Below, piece by piece: positions 1 through 8,085 of a stretch of 39,854 nt of DNA. A model generated the notes under the pieces. It had not been told where the DNA came from, searched no databases, and saw only the letters and a program-made list of their open reading frames with translations. Source of the DNA: a virus. Taxonomy: Duplodnaviria > Caudoviricetes. Within the stretch, counting starts at the first letter, position 1, and every line of letters begins with the position of its first letter. Position numbers and translations under genes: made by a program. The stretch lies in IMG/VR virus record IMGVR_UViG_3300026851_000040, positions 1 through 39,854 of that record. The stretch is one strand, 5' to 3'.

Positions 1-1050
1 CTATTTGGAGGGCTTGGCGGTGGCTCCAATCCTCCTGTACACCCGTTTGGTGATCTCCTGCTTACTGTGCCCCAGCAGCAGACTCGCGTCGCCAATGTCG
101 ATGATTTCTGATGCTGCCTTGGGCCGAATGTCTCGAAACTGAAACCCGCCAATCTTCGCGGCGAGCATAGGGTCGCCCTGTTCCAACGCATTCTGTTGCG
201 CTTTCTCTCGCGCCTTGTCCCAGCGCAAGCGCAACATGCCTTTCGTCATCCTTTTTCCGTATTTATTGATCAGTAGGTACTTGGAAGAGTGGTGTGCATT
301 TCTTTCGGTTATCTCTCTAACCAATTTCCCGAGGCTGTTTTCTCCGGTTTCTGCCCGCATCAGAATCCTAAGTTTTTGCCCGGTCTTACCCTGGGTAACC
401 AGGAAGTAGTCTCCCTCGGTGTCGTCGCTACGCATGATGATCACATCGGCGGGCCTCTGGCCGGTCAGGTAGGCCAAATCCATGGCCTCCTTGAGTTCCG
501 GCCCTGCCATTCCATAAACCGCATCCCAAACCACTGCGTTGGCGTAGTAGTCGCGTGGCACTTCTTTGTTTTTTCTGATGCCTTGGCACGGGTTCTCTCG
601 CTCCGTAAGGCCCCACTCGCGTGCCATGTTGAACACGTGAGAGAGAAGGGCAATTTCCCGGTTGGCCCTAACCCTGGCAGTGCGTGCGTCTCGATACCCC
701 GCGATGTTTGCTGGGGTGATCGAGTCGATGGGAGCGCCGTCGAAGGTGGGGCGAAGCTGTTTCAGTTCGGCCAGGTTATCTTTCTGGGTACGCTCTCCTT
801 TTTTCGGGATGACGTCGCGGACGTAACGATCAAAGATCCCCTTCATCATCGTCAGATCAGCTGGCTTTTCCTTGGCCTCAAGCTCTGCCCACTTCAATCT
901 GGCTTTACTCAAGTCTCCGCCAAGCGAGATTTCTTTTCCCATCGAGTCTCTGTAGTAGTACCCGACCCACACTTTGCCGTTCTTACGAGGGCGCTTGCGT
1001 CGCACCATTCCGGGTGGCAAGTCCCTGTTTTCTGTATTTCGAGGGCGCAT
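1..1050 (-). CDS. int: Tyrosine recombinase (phage integrase)
   Basis: Catalytic motifs TGQRPAD (R), QGKTG (K), FRDIRPK (HxxR box variant), LLGH...KRVY (H, Y); N-terminal arm-binding-like region. Confidence 0.93.
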   Translation of the reverse strand: MRPRNTENRDLPPGMVRRKRPRKNGKVWVGYYYRDSMGKEISLGGDLSKARLKWAELEAKEKPADLTMMKGIFDRYVRDVIPKKGERTQKDNLAELKQLRPTFDGAPIDSITPANIAGYRDARTARVRANREIALLSHVFNMAREWGLTERENPCQGIRKNKEVPRDYYANAVVWDAVYGMAGPELKEAMDLAYLTGQRPADVIIMRSDDTEGDYFLVTQGKTGQKLRILMRAETGENSLGKLVREITERNAHHSSKYLLINKYGKRMTKGMLRLRWDKAREKAQQNALEQGDPMLAAKIGGFQFRDIRPKAASEIIDIGDASLLLGHSKQEITKRVYRRIGATAKPSK

Positions 1051-1051
1051 C

Positions 1052-1549
1052 TCAGTTCACCCTGGAGAAGTCAGGTGTCCAAGCTGGCCGCGTCGGCGGT
1101 GGCAGCTGTTCAGTAAATGCTGGATTGGTCATGCCAAGCTTCATGCGAGCGTACATGCGCCCAACTAACGGACGGCCCCCACGGCTCTCGATGAAGACCC
1201 AGTTGCGGTCGCGAAGCCATTTCCGTTGATGGGATCGCTGTTTATAGCCTGTAAGGTCGGCCAGCTCTTCGTCTGAGAAGATTTCAGCCTCTATGGCTTT
1301 GGGCAGTGAAAGGGTCGTATACCCCACGACAGGCTGCGCGAGCGGGCGTTTCTGAGCGTTTAGCGTTGCATCAGCGAGCGCTGCCCCGCGCAGCTTTTCG
1401 TGGGGTACAAGTGCCTCGGCGGTGGTGCTGAGAGGAGCAGTAATGCCTGCTGCTGCGCAGCAGAGACTGTTTGTTTCTAGCGTGTCGCCACCATTGGCTG
1501 TGCGGAGCAAAGCGGGCATGGCGCTGATGTTGTCCTGTGGGTTCTTCAT
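1052..1549 (-). CDS. DUF4224/excisionase-like DNA-binding protein with N-terminal extension
   Basis: C-terminal 'SDEELADLTGYKQRSHQRKWL...GRPLVGR' resembles DUF4224; lies immediately upstream of int; ATG at 1549 overlaps the upstream TGA (ATGA); start uncertain. Confidence 0.7.
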   Translation of the reverse strand: MKNPQDNISAMPALLRTANGGDTLETNSLCCAAAGITAPLSTTAEALVPHEKLRGAALADATLNAQKRPLAQPVVGYTTLSLPKAIEAEIFSDEELADLTGYKQRSHQRKWLRDRNWVFIESRGGRPLVGRMYARMKLGMTNPAFTEQLPPPTRPAWTPDFSRVN

Positions 1550-2088
1550 GCCGCTTTCCTTCGGTGTTCGATAGTGAGTTGGTCCATCAGCCGCTGGTGG
1601 TAGGTGAGTCTGGCTTCGGCGGCAGACCATGGGCGGATGGTTTCAACCATAGGTTCGATGCCGACCAGACAATCCCAGATAGCTGGATCGGTTGGCATGA
1701 GGTCGCGGCGTTCGGTCGCGGGCGCAATCAAATCGGCCTTGTAGATGCACGCCGGGAGTTCTGGAGCGATGTCGAACCGCTCGCAGATGCGCCACCAAAT
1801 GCAGTCCTCGAAATGCTGGTACGCGCTAATCCACTGCTTGAGCGGCCGAGTCATGTCGCCCACGTATGCCTCGGCGGCGTCGTGAAGCAAGGCTGCCAAT
1901 TTGTGTTCTTCGGGCACCAGCTCGGCCACGATGCAGCTGTGTTGGGCCACGCTGTAGAACTCGCGGGTGTGGCCGTTGAAGCGGCACAGGTGGGCCAGCG
2001 AGTGCGAGATGTCTCGTGGGTCGATCATGTCGGCTTCGGGCTCGAACAGATCGAACCGCTTACCGGTGGAGGTGAGGATCCAGTTCAT
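1546..2088 (-). CDS. HD-domain phosphohydrolase (YfbR-like 5'-deoxynucleotidase family)
   Basis: 'SLAHLCRFNGH..FYSVAQHS' and 'ALLHDAAEAYVGD' motifs; ATG at 2088 overlaps the stop of the upstream ORF. Confidence 0.88.
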   Translation of the reverse strand: MNWILTSTGKRFDLFEPEADMIDPRDISHSLAHLCRFNGHTREFYSVAQHSCIVAELVPEEHKLAALLHDAAEAYVGDMTRPLKQWISAYQHFEDCIWWRICERFDIAPELPACIYKADLIAPATERRDLMPTDPAIWDCLVGIEPMVETIRPWSAAEARLTYHQRLMDQLTIEHRRKAA

Positions 2089-2483
2089 GCCGCACCCTCC
2101 AGCTCGAACGGATCCATCAAAGCGGCCATGCTCAGTGCTTTGTCGCGCAGGGCTAGTGCTTGTGTTGCCTGGCTCTCGGATTTGACTGCTCGGAAGGTGT
2201 CGGCGGCGAGCTTGAGCTTTTCGGCGATGGAGAGCAGGGCTAGGCGGTCTTGTGGTTGAAGATCCAAAATAGTTTGCAGGCGCCGGCATCGCTCGCTGAT
2301 ATTTTCGAGCGCGGTATAGCTTGCAGACTCACCCTCGTCCATTCCTTCGCTGAAACCCTGGGCGTGGCCTTTTTCAAACCCTTCTGCCCGCCCATCCGTT
2401 AAGCCGCCTTTGTAGCCGACCCAATAGAGGATCGCGGCTGCGAAAACGATGGTTATCAATGCGCAGATTTGTATTGCAGTCAT
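2085..2483 (-). CDS. Hypothetical protein with N-terminal TM helix
   Basis: Hydrophobic N-terminus, G-x-x-x-G repeat stretch; RBS AGGAG; co-oriented early operon. Confidence 0.7.
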   Translation of the reverse strand: MTAIQICALITIVFAAAILYWVGYKGGLTDGRAEGFEKGHAQGFSEGMDEGESASYTALENISERCRRLQTILDLQPQDRLALLSIAEKLKLAADTFRAVKSESQATQALALRDKALSMAALMDPFELEGAA

Positions 2484-2532
2484 GTGGTGTGCTCCTGGTG
2501 GTTTTGTCGGCTGGTGGTGGCAGCCGCCTTGG

Positions 2533-2859
2533 TTACTGGCCTTGCTCGATTGAATCGTTTTGTGGTCGTGGCATTTCTTCGTCGGCCTTGTAGGCTCGAG
2601 CGTCGATCAGTGCTGCGACGTGCTTGATGTGTGCGTACCTCAACGCCTTGACGCTGTGATCCAGGGTGATCACTGGCAGTTGGATGCGGCCGCTGTTGAC
2701 CGCCTCGGTGAAGGTCTTTTCGTTGAGGTTCTTGAAGTAGTGCACGCGCAGCTTTTCCAGGGGAATAAGCACGTCACCGAAGAGTTGGTGCAGCATCTCG
2801 ACGGTCGCGCTATCCGGCGCGGGTTGCAGTCGTAGCGGTGTCTGGCTGGTGTTGCTCAT
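2533..2859 (-). CDS. Pyocin activator PrtN family transcriptional activator
   Basis: 'LFGDVLIPLEKLRVHYF.NLNEKTF...GRIQLPV.....S.KA....HI.HVA.LID' typical of the PrtN family; RBS AAGGAGG. Confidence 0.8.
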   Translation of the reverse strand: MSNTSQTPLRLQPAPDSATVEMLHQLFGDVLIPLEKLRVHYFKNLNEKTFTEAVNSGRIQLPVITLDHSVKALRYAHIKHVAALIDARAYKADEEMPRPQNDSIEQGQ

Positions 2860-3028
2860 GTGCTGCGGCCTCCTTGCGTTTGAGTCGTGAAGGGTGGTTC
2901 CAGGCATTCAGGCAATGGCGTTTGGTCAGCTCCCGCAGATGTTCCGGCACTTCGAGGAGCGCGGCGTTGCGCTCCTCGCGTGTGCCCATGGCGACGATCT
3001 GGCGGGCGTACTCCCTAGGCCACGTCAC
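2810..3028 (-). CDS. Conserved phage hypothetical protein
   Basis: 'WPREYARQIVAM.TREER.AAL.EVPEHLR' small phage protein; overlaps both neighbours. Confidence 0.65.
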   Translation of the reverse strand: MTWPREYARQIVAMGTREERNAALLEVPEHLRELTKRHCLNAWNHPSRLKRKEAAAHEQHQPDTATTATRAG

Positions 3029-3299
3029 GGTTGTCTGCCGGGATGGCTGGTAGTTCGAGCCCCAGTTGGTCGGCGAGCCAGCGGATGCCGGCTTGTCGGA
3101 CCTTTGTCGACTGGCTGTACTGCATGCCAGCGGTCTCGTGATACCAGTTGCTGTCTTTTACGCGCAGGTACTCGCGATCCCGCACCGGAAAGGACGGCAG
3201 GTTGCGGTCGTTGAGCAAGCCCTTTGCACGCATGAGTGCGATCAGCTTGGGGCGGGTGAGGCCGAAGTACTTGGCGGCTTTTTCAAGGCTACGTTCCAT
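3015..3299 (-). CDS. Antirepressor KilA-C (ANT C-terminal) domain protein
   Basis: 'AAKYFGL....LIALMR.KGLL...NLP' and 'TKV...GIRWL' KilA-C pattern; RBS AGGAGG. Confidence 0.75.
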   Translation of the reverse strand: MERSLEKAAKYFGLTRPKLIALMRAKGLLNDRNLPSFPVRDREYLRVKDSNWYHETAGMQYSQSTKVRQAGIRWLADQLGLELPAIPADNRDVA

Positions 3300-3308
3300 G
3301 TCGTCCTC

Positions 3309-3890
3309 CTAGGCTGCATGCGCGGCGGGAGTCGCCACGGCGGCCAGGTGGGTGATGGACTCGGCCACCATGGAATAGATCTCCACGTCACTGCCGTACA
3401 CCGTGAAGCACTTGGTGCGCGGCTTCCTGACGCCGATGCTCATGATGGTGGTGATGCCAGTGCGGGTTTTGCTGCGGTGGATTGCCAGGTTGATCGGTTG
3501 CTCGAAGCCCATATCGAGACTCAGGGCGCCGCCGGTTTGCACCAGGTCGAATACCTGCTGCTTGTGTTCCGTCCCGAACACACCGTAGCGGCGGTCTGCG
3601 TGCGGCAGAGAGGAAGGATCGGCAAGGGTGGTTGGCCCATTGACTATCTCTTCAATGAAGTCCGCAAGCTTGAGATGCATCTTCTTGCTGTTGGTTAGGG
3701 TCAGCGTGTGGCGTTCGCTGCCCAGTTCAACTGTGAAGTGCGTGTCGATTTTGCGGCGCTCGACGTTCAGGCGGAAGGCCAGAACCTCGCGCTGCGTGTC
3801 GGCGCGCAGGTGGTGGTTGAAGGTTTCGGTCAGGCTGACCTGGGCCTTGAGCAGGGCCAGAGTGCGGTTGTCGAGTTTGTACTTTCTCAT
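3309..3890 (-). CDS. Hypothetical early protein
   Basis: 193-aa ORF, ATGA overlap with upstream gene, RBS GGAGG. Confidence 0.7.
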   Translation of the reverse strand: MRKYKLDNRTLALLKAQVSLTETFNHHLRADTQREVLAFRLNVERRKIDTHFTVELGSERHTLTLTNSKKMHLKLADFIEEIVNGPTTLADPSSLPHADRRYGVFGTEHKQQVFDLVQTGGALSLDMGFEQPINLAIHRSKTRTGITTIMSIGVRKPRTKCFTVYGSDVEIYSMVAESITHLAAVATPAAHAA

Positions 3891-4063
3891 GCCGCTTGCC
3901 CTCCGCCGTTTGGGTCGAAAGGGGCTGGTGCGGAGCGCTGTTTAAGCTTGGGTTTGGACGCGATGAAGGCGCAGCCGCAGTCTTGTGCCAGGCGGCGGAT
4001 TTCAAAGATGCGGGAGGGGTTAGCAGCGGCCGGGTGGACGTGCAGGGTGGCTGTGGTGTGCAT
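3887..4063 (-). CDS. Small hypothetical protein, first gene of leftward early operon
   Basis: ATG at 4063 with GAGG RBS, directly downstream of predicted PL. Confidence 0.6.
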   Translation of the reverse strand: MHTTATLHVHPAAANPSRIFEIRRLAQDCGCAFIASKPKLKQRSAPAPFDPNGGGQAA

Positions 4064-4098
4064 GGTGTTGCCTCGCTCTGTGGTGGAAGAGTGAAGCA

Positions 4099-4127
4099 AA
4101 TATCAACCAATAGTTTAATTTAGTCAA
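4099..4127 (-). promoter_or_regulatory. Leftward early promoter PL
   Basis: TTGACT-N17-GATATT on the minus strand, lambda pL-like, overlapped by two operators. Confidence 0.65.
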
Positions 4128-4143
4128 CAACCAGTGGTTGATA
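4101..4143. promoter_or_regulatory. OL operators (two sites)
   Basis: TATCAAC-CAATA-GTTTAAT (4101-4119) and CAACAAC-CAGTG-GTTGATA (4125-4143) match the OR palindrome. Confidence 0.75.
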
Positions 4144-4228
4144 TTTTGATTTTTTAGAAATCACTACCCCATACTGGCTAAAGGATGGCTTTCGCTGCTA
4201 TTCAAGATATGTGAAAAGGAGTTCTACA

Positions 4229-4828
4229 ATGCATGACTATGCAATATTTGGGCATGATAGGGTCGCAATTGGGAGATGGTTAGGTGTTGGCTCGATATTA
4301 GTTGCTGGAGGGTTAACTCAGCTTTTTTCTTATGCAAACTCCTTAACGGGCTGGGAGGCGTTCGGGAAGGCCACAATTACTACTGGACTGATTTATTTTG
4401 TTCTTCATGTTCTCGTTAACGCTTGGGCGTGGAAATTCAACATTCTTGAAATTCCTGACCTCAGTGGTGAGTGGGCGTTCCTCGGTAAAACGCTAGACGA
4501 GTCTGGAGCCGTTCGTTGGAATTGGCACGGAGAAATCGGCATTACTCAAAACTGGAAGCAGATACTTATACATCTCAAAACAGAGACAAGCCAGAGTTGG
4601 AGTTATACAGCTACTATTTCAAAGCGTCATAGTCCGTTGGGTGGGTGGCTGCTAACGTACAGTTATAGCAATGATCCAGAAGTTGAGAGTTCTCACGAAT
4701 TAAGTCATCACAAAGGCTATTGTGAGGTAGAACTGAACAAAGATTTAACTTTTGGTAAAAGTAGGTACTTTAATCACGCAGGGCGCAACACCTTTGGTGT
4801 TATTGAAATGAAAAGGAAGGTCGCATAA
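4229..4828 (+). CDS. cap15: CBASS effector, Cap15 family (2TM + beta-barrel)
   Basis: Two N-terminal TM helices, then 'PDLSGEW', 'I.Q.W..I.I', 'L.Y.Y.NDP', 'H.G', 'YFN..GR.TFG' Cap15-type motifs; RBS AGGAG; TAATG-coupled to the nucleotidyltransferase. Confidence 0.88.
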   Translation: MHDYAIFGHDRVAIGRWLGVGSILVAGGLTQLFSYANSLTGWEAFGKATITTGLIYFVLHVLVNAWAWKFNILEIPDLSGEWAFLGKTLDESGAVRWNWHGEIGITQNWKQILIHLKTETSQSWSYTATISKRHSPLGGWLLTYSYSNDPEVESSHELSHHKGYCEVELNKDLTFGKSRYFNHAGRNTFGVIEMKRKVA

Positions 4829-5949
4829 TGGATTTTTCAAAAAGACTCGGTTCTCTTAAGCAAAGGCGGCAGGGGCCGGAGTACTCGTACGCTACAGAAG
4901 CTATGGACTCTGCAATAGGAACTGCCAGTAATAATGAGTTGTATAAGTCAAGAGAGGTGTTTGAGTCACTACAGGAGCCTGACGGCGTTAAGTACGCAAT
5001 TGGCGCAATGTCAGCCGTTGAGAAAAAATACACAGAAATTTCCATCAAAGAAGGCGAGAGAGTTGCAGCCAGTCTTTCGGGTGATTTGGAAAGTGGAAAT
5101 TTCAAAGTTGATACTCGCCTTCAAGGCTCAGTGGGGCTTGATGTTCATATCAAGGGCTATTCTGATGTAGATATGCTTGTAATAGTACAGGCTACTGTTT
5201 TGACTGAAACGCCGCGTGTAGTACCTAATTTTTACACCAATGCAACTGATACCCGGCCGATGGAAGCTATCGTGGGCGAATTGCGCACGCGCTCAGAAGC
5301 AATTTTAACGAAGAATTTCCCAGCAGTGGATGTAAATATAAAGGGAGCTAAGTCGATAGCTTTGGAAGGGGGAAGTCTGAGACGTAAAGTTGATATTGTT
5401 CCAGCAGCGTGGTTTCATACTATTGACTATCAAACAACAAGGCTGGAGCATTATAAAGCTGTAAAAATTTACAATAAGCATGAAGGTTCACTGTTTAAGA
5501 ATTTTCCTTTCTTGAACCGAAAAACAATTAACGATGCTGATGCCGCTGTAAATGGAAATCTTAAGCGTGTTATTCGATTGATGAAGACTCTGCAGTCTGA
5601 CGCTACTGGGCCTAGTCAGGAGTCGATAAAAAATATAAATAGCTTTGATGTATTGTCTATAGCTTATGATATGCGATCCCAGTTGTCGGTTCCAAGCTAT
5701 CTCCAGTTGGGCCTCGTTGAGATTCTTCGTAGTCGTCTTCAATATTTATTGGATAATAAGTCTCATCGGGAGAATATGAATACGCCCGATATGACACGGA
5801 AGGTTTTTGATAGTGAAAACAAGCTTGAGGCATTGGCTTGGCTTTTTATAGAGTGTAATGATCTTGCTGATTCGTTGGTGAAAGAAATAAGTCCTTACAC
5901 CAATTTTTATGATAAGAGTGTCTTACTGCAAAAGTCAGTATTTGGGTAG
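4828..5949 (+). CDS. CBASS cGAS/DncV-like nucleotidyltransferase (CD-NTase)
   Basis: 'LQGSVGLDVHIKGYSDVDML' (GS...DxD), third Asp in 'KVDIVPA', 'NFP' and 'LKRVIRLMK' C-lobe motifs; clade not assignable by eye. Confidence 0.88.
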   Translation: MDFSKRLGSLKQRRQGPEYSYATEAMDSAIGTASNNELYKSREVFESLQEPDGVKYAIGAMSAVEKKYTEISIKEGERVAASLSGDLESGNFKVDTRLQGSVGLDVHIKGYSDVDMLVIVQATVLTETPRVVPNFYTNATDTRPMEAIVGELRTRSEAILTKNFPAVDVNIKGAKSIALEGGSLRRKVDIVPAAWFHTIDYQTTRLEHYKAVKIYNKHEGSLFKNFPFLNRKTINDADAAVNGNLKRVIRLMKTLQSDATGPSQESIKNINSFDVLSIAYDMRSQLSVPSYLQLGLVEILRSRLQYLLDNKSHRENMNTPDMTRKVFDSENKLEALAWLFIECNDLADSLVKEISPYTNFYDKSVLLQKSVFG

Positions 5950-5951
5950 GG

Positions 5952-6677
5952 TTATTCAGGTATAAAAGAGCCTACTACCTTTCCACAAATATGAGTTTCC
6001 TCCGTAATATCAATGATTGGGTATTGCGGATTAATAGGTCTCAAAAATTGCCTGCCCGCATCTTCTACTAGTATTTTAAATGTTGCCTCGTTGGTTCGTG
6101 GAACTCTCGCAATAACCCGGTCGCCGGTTTTCGTTTCGGCTTCTGGATCAACAAATATGATGCATCCGGTGGGGTAGCTGCGACCTGGGCCGGGGTTCGT
6201 CATGGAGTCACCAAGTACCTTCAGCGCATAACCACTCTCACTGATAGGTACAGGGCAAGACAGCCATGACTCTCCGTCATGCAACTCAAAATTTGACTCA
6301 CACCAAGCACCGGCCTGCACCCAAGATATCAATGGGACTTTTCCAAACCGACGAGTTATCTCTCGGACATTGCTGTCACTGCCTGCGCCGATCTGATGGA
6401 CATTGCTGTCCCCATTTGGATTTTTAGGCAGCACTCCGTACTGCAACCATTCCTGCCTCACCTTCAACCACGAGCAAAGCACAGTCATGCTGTCCGGCCC
6501 AGGCACAGCGTCGCCATTCAGCCACTTGCTGATAGCCTGCGGCTTTTTTTCAGCCCCAACCTTCACCAAATGCCTATGAATGTCCGCACCACGTCCCCGG
6601 GTGCGTACACCGGCATCGTCGAGTGCTTCGTGAAGGCGCGCCGTGAAAGCTGCCCGTAACTCATTCTTATCAACCAT
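5952..6677 (-). CDS. cI: CI-like repressor (HTH + S24 peptidase; PrtR/LexA-like)
   Basis: HTH 'PQAISKWLNG', cleavage site VQAG, catalytic 'GDSM' Ser and 'TFK' Lys. Confidence 0.93.
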   Translation of the reverse strand: MVDKNELRAAFTARLHEALDDAGVRTRGRGADIHRHLVKVGAEKKPQAISKWLNGDAVPGPDSMTVLCSWLKVRQEWLQYGVLPKNPNGDSNVHQIGAGSDSNVREITRRFGKVPLISWVQAGAWCESNFELHDGESWLSCPVPISESGYALKVLGDSMTNPGPGRSYPTGCIIFVDPEAETKTGDRVIARVPRTNEATFKILVEDAGRQFLRPINPQYPIIDITEETHICGKVVGSFIPE

Positions 6678-6742
6678 GAGTTGATACTCTCACAGGGGTT
6701 GCGCAATAGTCAGTTGATGTTAATATCAACCGCGAGTTGATA
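6668..6742. promoter_or_regulatory. OR operators (three sites) with PR/PRM
   Basis: TATCAAC-N5-GTTGATA at 6668-6686 (overlaps cI ATG) and 6724-6742; degenerate copy 6701-6719; TTGCGC / TGnTAATAT candidate PR. Confidence 0.8.
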
Positions 6743-6755
6743 AATGGAGGTTGCC

Positions 6756-7016
6756 ATGTTGGACCCCGCAGAATTTCCGAGCGCCATTGCGTTCGCATTT
6801 GAAGCAGTAGGCGGTATCGGTGCCGCCGCCAAGGTGTGTGAAAGGAGCTATCAGGCGCTCAATAAATGGCGCTTGGCCGCAAGCCTTCCTCGCACCGATT
6901 ACACCGGTGAAACGCGCTACGCAGAACTGTTAGCGACCGCAGCGCAGCAAAAGGGCAACTCGTTTGATGCCGCCTGGTTGCTCAACGCGTCGGCCCCGCA
7001 GAAAGCTGCAGCGTAG
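6756..7016 (+). CDS. cro: Cro-like repressor
   Basis: Divergent from cI; 'GGIGAAAKVCERSYQALNKW...LP' HTH; RBS GGAGG. Confidence 0.85.
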   Translation: MLDPAEFPSAIAFAFEAVGGIGAAAKVCERSYQALNKWRLAASLPRTDYTGETRYAELLATAAQQKGNSFDAAWLLNASAPQKAAA

Positions 7017-7020
7017 ATAG

Positions 7021-7044
7021 AAAAAAGGCGGCCCAAGGGCCGCC
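7021..7044 (-). terminator. GC-rich hairpin with U-tract on the minus strand
   Basis: GGCGGCCC-AA-GGGCCGCC preceded by A6 on the plus strand. Confidence 0.5.
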
Positions 7045-7051
7045 CAGTTCC

Positions 7052-7320
7052 TCCCGGCACACACCACCACAGTGCTGTCGGGTCGCGATAAAGGTAGGCG
7101 GGCACACCACATGCTAAACCACCTCCCTTTACCGCGCTTTCAAGGCACGGATGCCTTGGGTTGCTGCCTTTTCCACCACAGATTAGGCAGCTGTTGCGCC
7201 AGAGGTGAGCAACGGATTGCTCGCCTCGGCACGGTGCCGGTTTCGATCCCTAAGATCTGGCCGGCGTTTGGGCCCTTTCAAGCCACGCGGCAAATGTATC
7301 ACCACTGCACGCCGCGCGGC
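7052..7320 (+). ncRNA. Structured RNA leader/ncRNA with CACCAC-loop and GGA-loop hairpins
   Basis: At least six consecutive stem-loops; G-U wobble pairs favour folding of the plus-strand RNA. Confidence 0.6.
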
Positions 7321-7346
7321 ACTGGCAACTTATTAGGATTAATGCC

Positions 7347-7865
7347 ATGAGCCGAATTGCTCTGAGTTGCGTTGATCGAGCACACAGGGAAGTCCTGACG
7401 CTCGAATTAGCGCTGTACCACGCCGCACGGGACTATCCCGGCGGTGCCGCTGCAATCGCCGCCACTACCGGCCGCAACCCCACCACTTTGCAACACAAGT
7501 TGTCTCCCACCCATCCCACCCACACGGTCAACGTCCAAGAATTTGGCGAGATCCTGGAGCTGACTAAGGACCGGCGCATTCTTGATGCGGTGCATGCCCT
7601 GGTCGGCGACACGACCTGGCAGGAGCTGGCCGAGGCGTACACCAGCGATATGCCGGAAACCCTGACCACAGGTATTGCTGGCTACTTCCGGCAGGTGGCA
7701 GATCTGGCTGATACCTGGGCCAAGAGCATTGGTGATGGGGTCGTCAGTGATTCCGAGCTGGCCGAAATTCGCCTGCAGGTGTTTCGCGGTATTCAGGGGC
7801 TGCTGGGGATGGTCAACCGCGCCGCATACGTGAACCAAATCACGCGGGGTGCTGACCATGGCTGA
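7347..7865 (+). CDS. Phage regulatory CII-family protein (186/P2-type)
   Basis: 'ARDYPGG...IA...GRNPTTLQHKLSP' and 'IGDGVVS..E' motifs; position after cro. Confidence 0.8.
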   Translation: MSRIALSCVDRAHREVLTLELALYHAARDYPGGAAAIAATTGRNPTTLQHKLSPTHPTHTVNVQEFGEILELTKDRRILDAVHALVGDTTWQELAEAYTSDMPETLTTGIAGYFRQVADLADTWAKSIGDGVVSDSELAEIRLQVFRGIQGLLGMVNRAAYVNQITRGADHG

Positions 7866-8085
7866 CATCGCCGATTTTGCCAATGACCTGGTGCAAGAGC
7901 GACTGGATCGAGCCCTTGCTGCACGTAGGGCAAGCAAACCCGCCACAGCTTCGCATTCGTTTATGTTCTGTGAGGGATGCGATGAGCCTATCCCGTTGGC
8001 GCGTCGTATTGCGAGCCCAGGTTGCACACAGTGCGTAACGTGCGAAAGCATCGACGAAGTGCGGAGGGCTCGCCATGCTCGATGA
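7858..8085 (+). CDS. TraR/DksA C4 zinc-finger protein (PtrB-like)
   Basis: 'MADIADFA' DxxDxA motif; CEGC...IP.ARR...PGC..CVTC. Confidence 0.9.
   Translation: MADIADFANDLVQERLDRALAARRASKPATASHSFMFCEGCDEPIPLARRIASPGCTQCVTCESIDEVRRARHAR

Noticed and set aside
1..60. attL/attR core sequences
   Set aside because: Window begins at the int stop codon and ends at a start codon; no terminal direct repeat found
1546..2088. HD phosphohydrolase as an anti-CBASS self-protection enzyme
   Set aside because: YfbR-like HD genes are routine early genes in such prophages; nothing in the sequence links it to cyclic dinucleotides
7052..7320. CRISPR array or tRNA in the cro-cII spacer
   Set aside because: Shared words are only 6-12 nt with no constant repeat-spacer period; no cloverleaf with T-loop consensus
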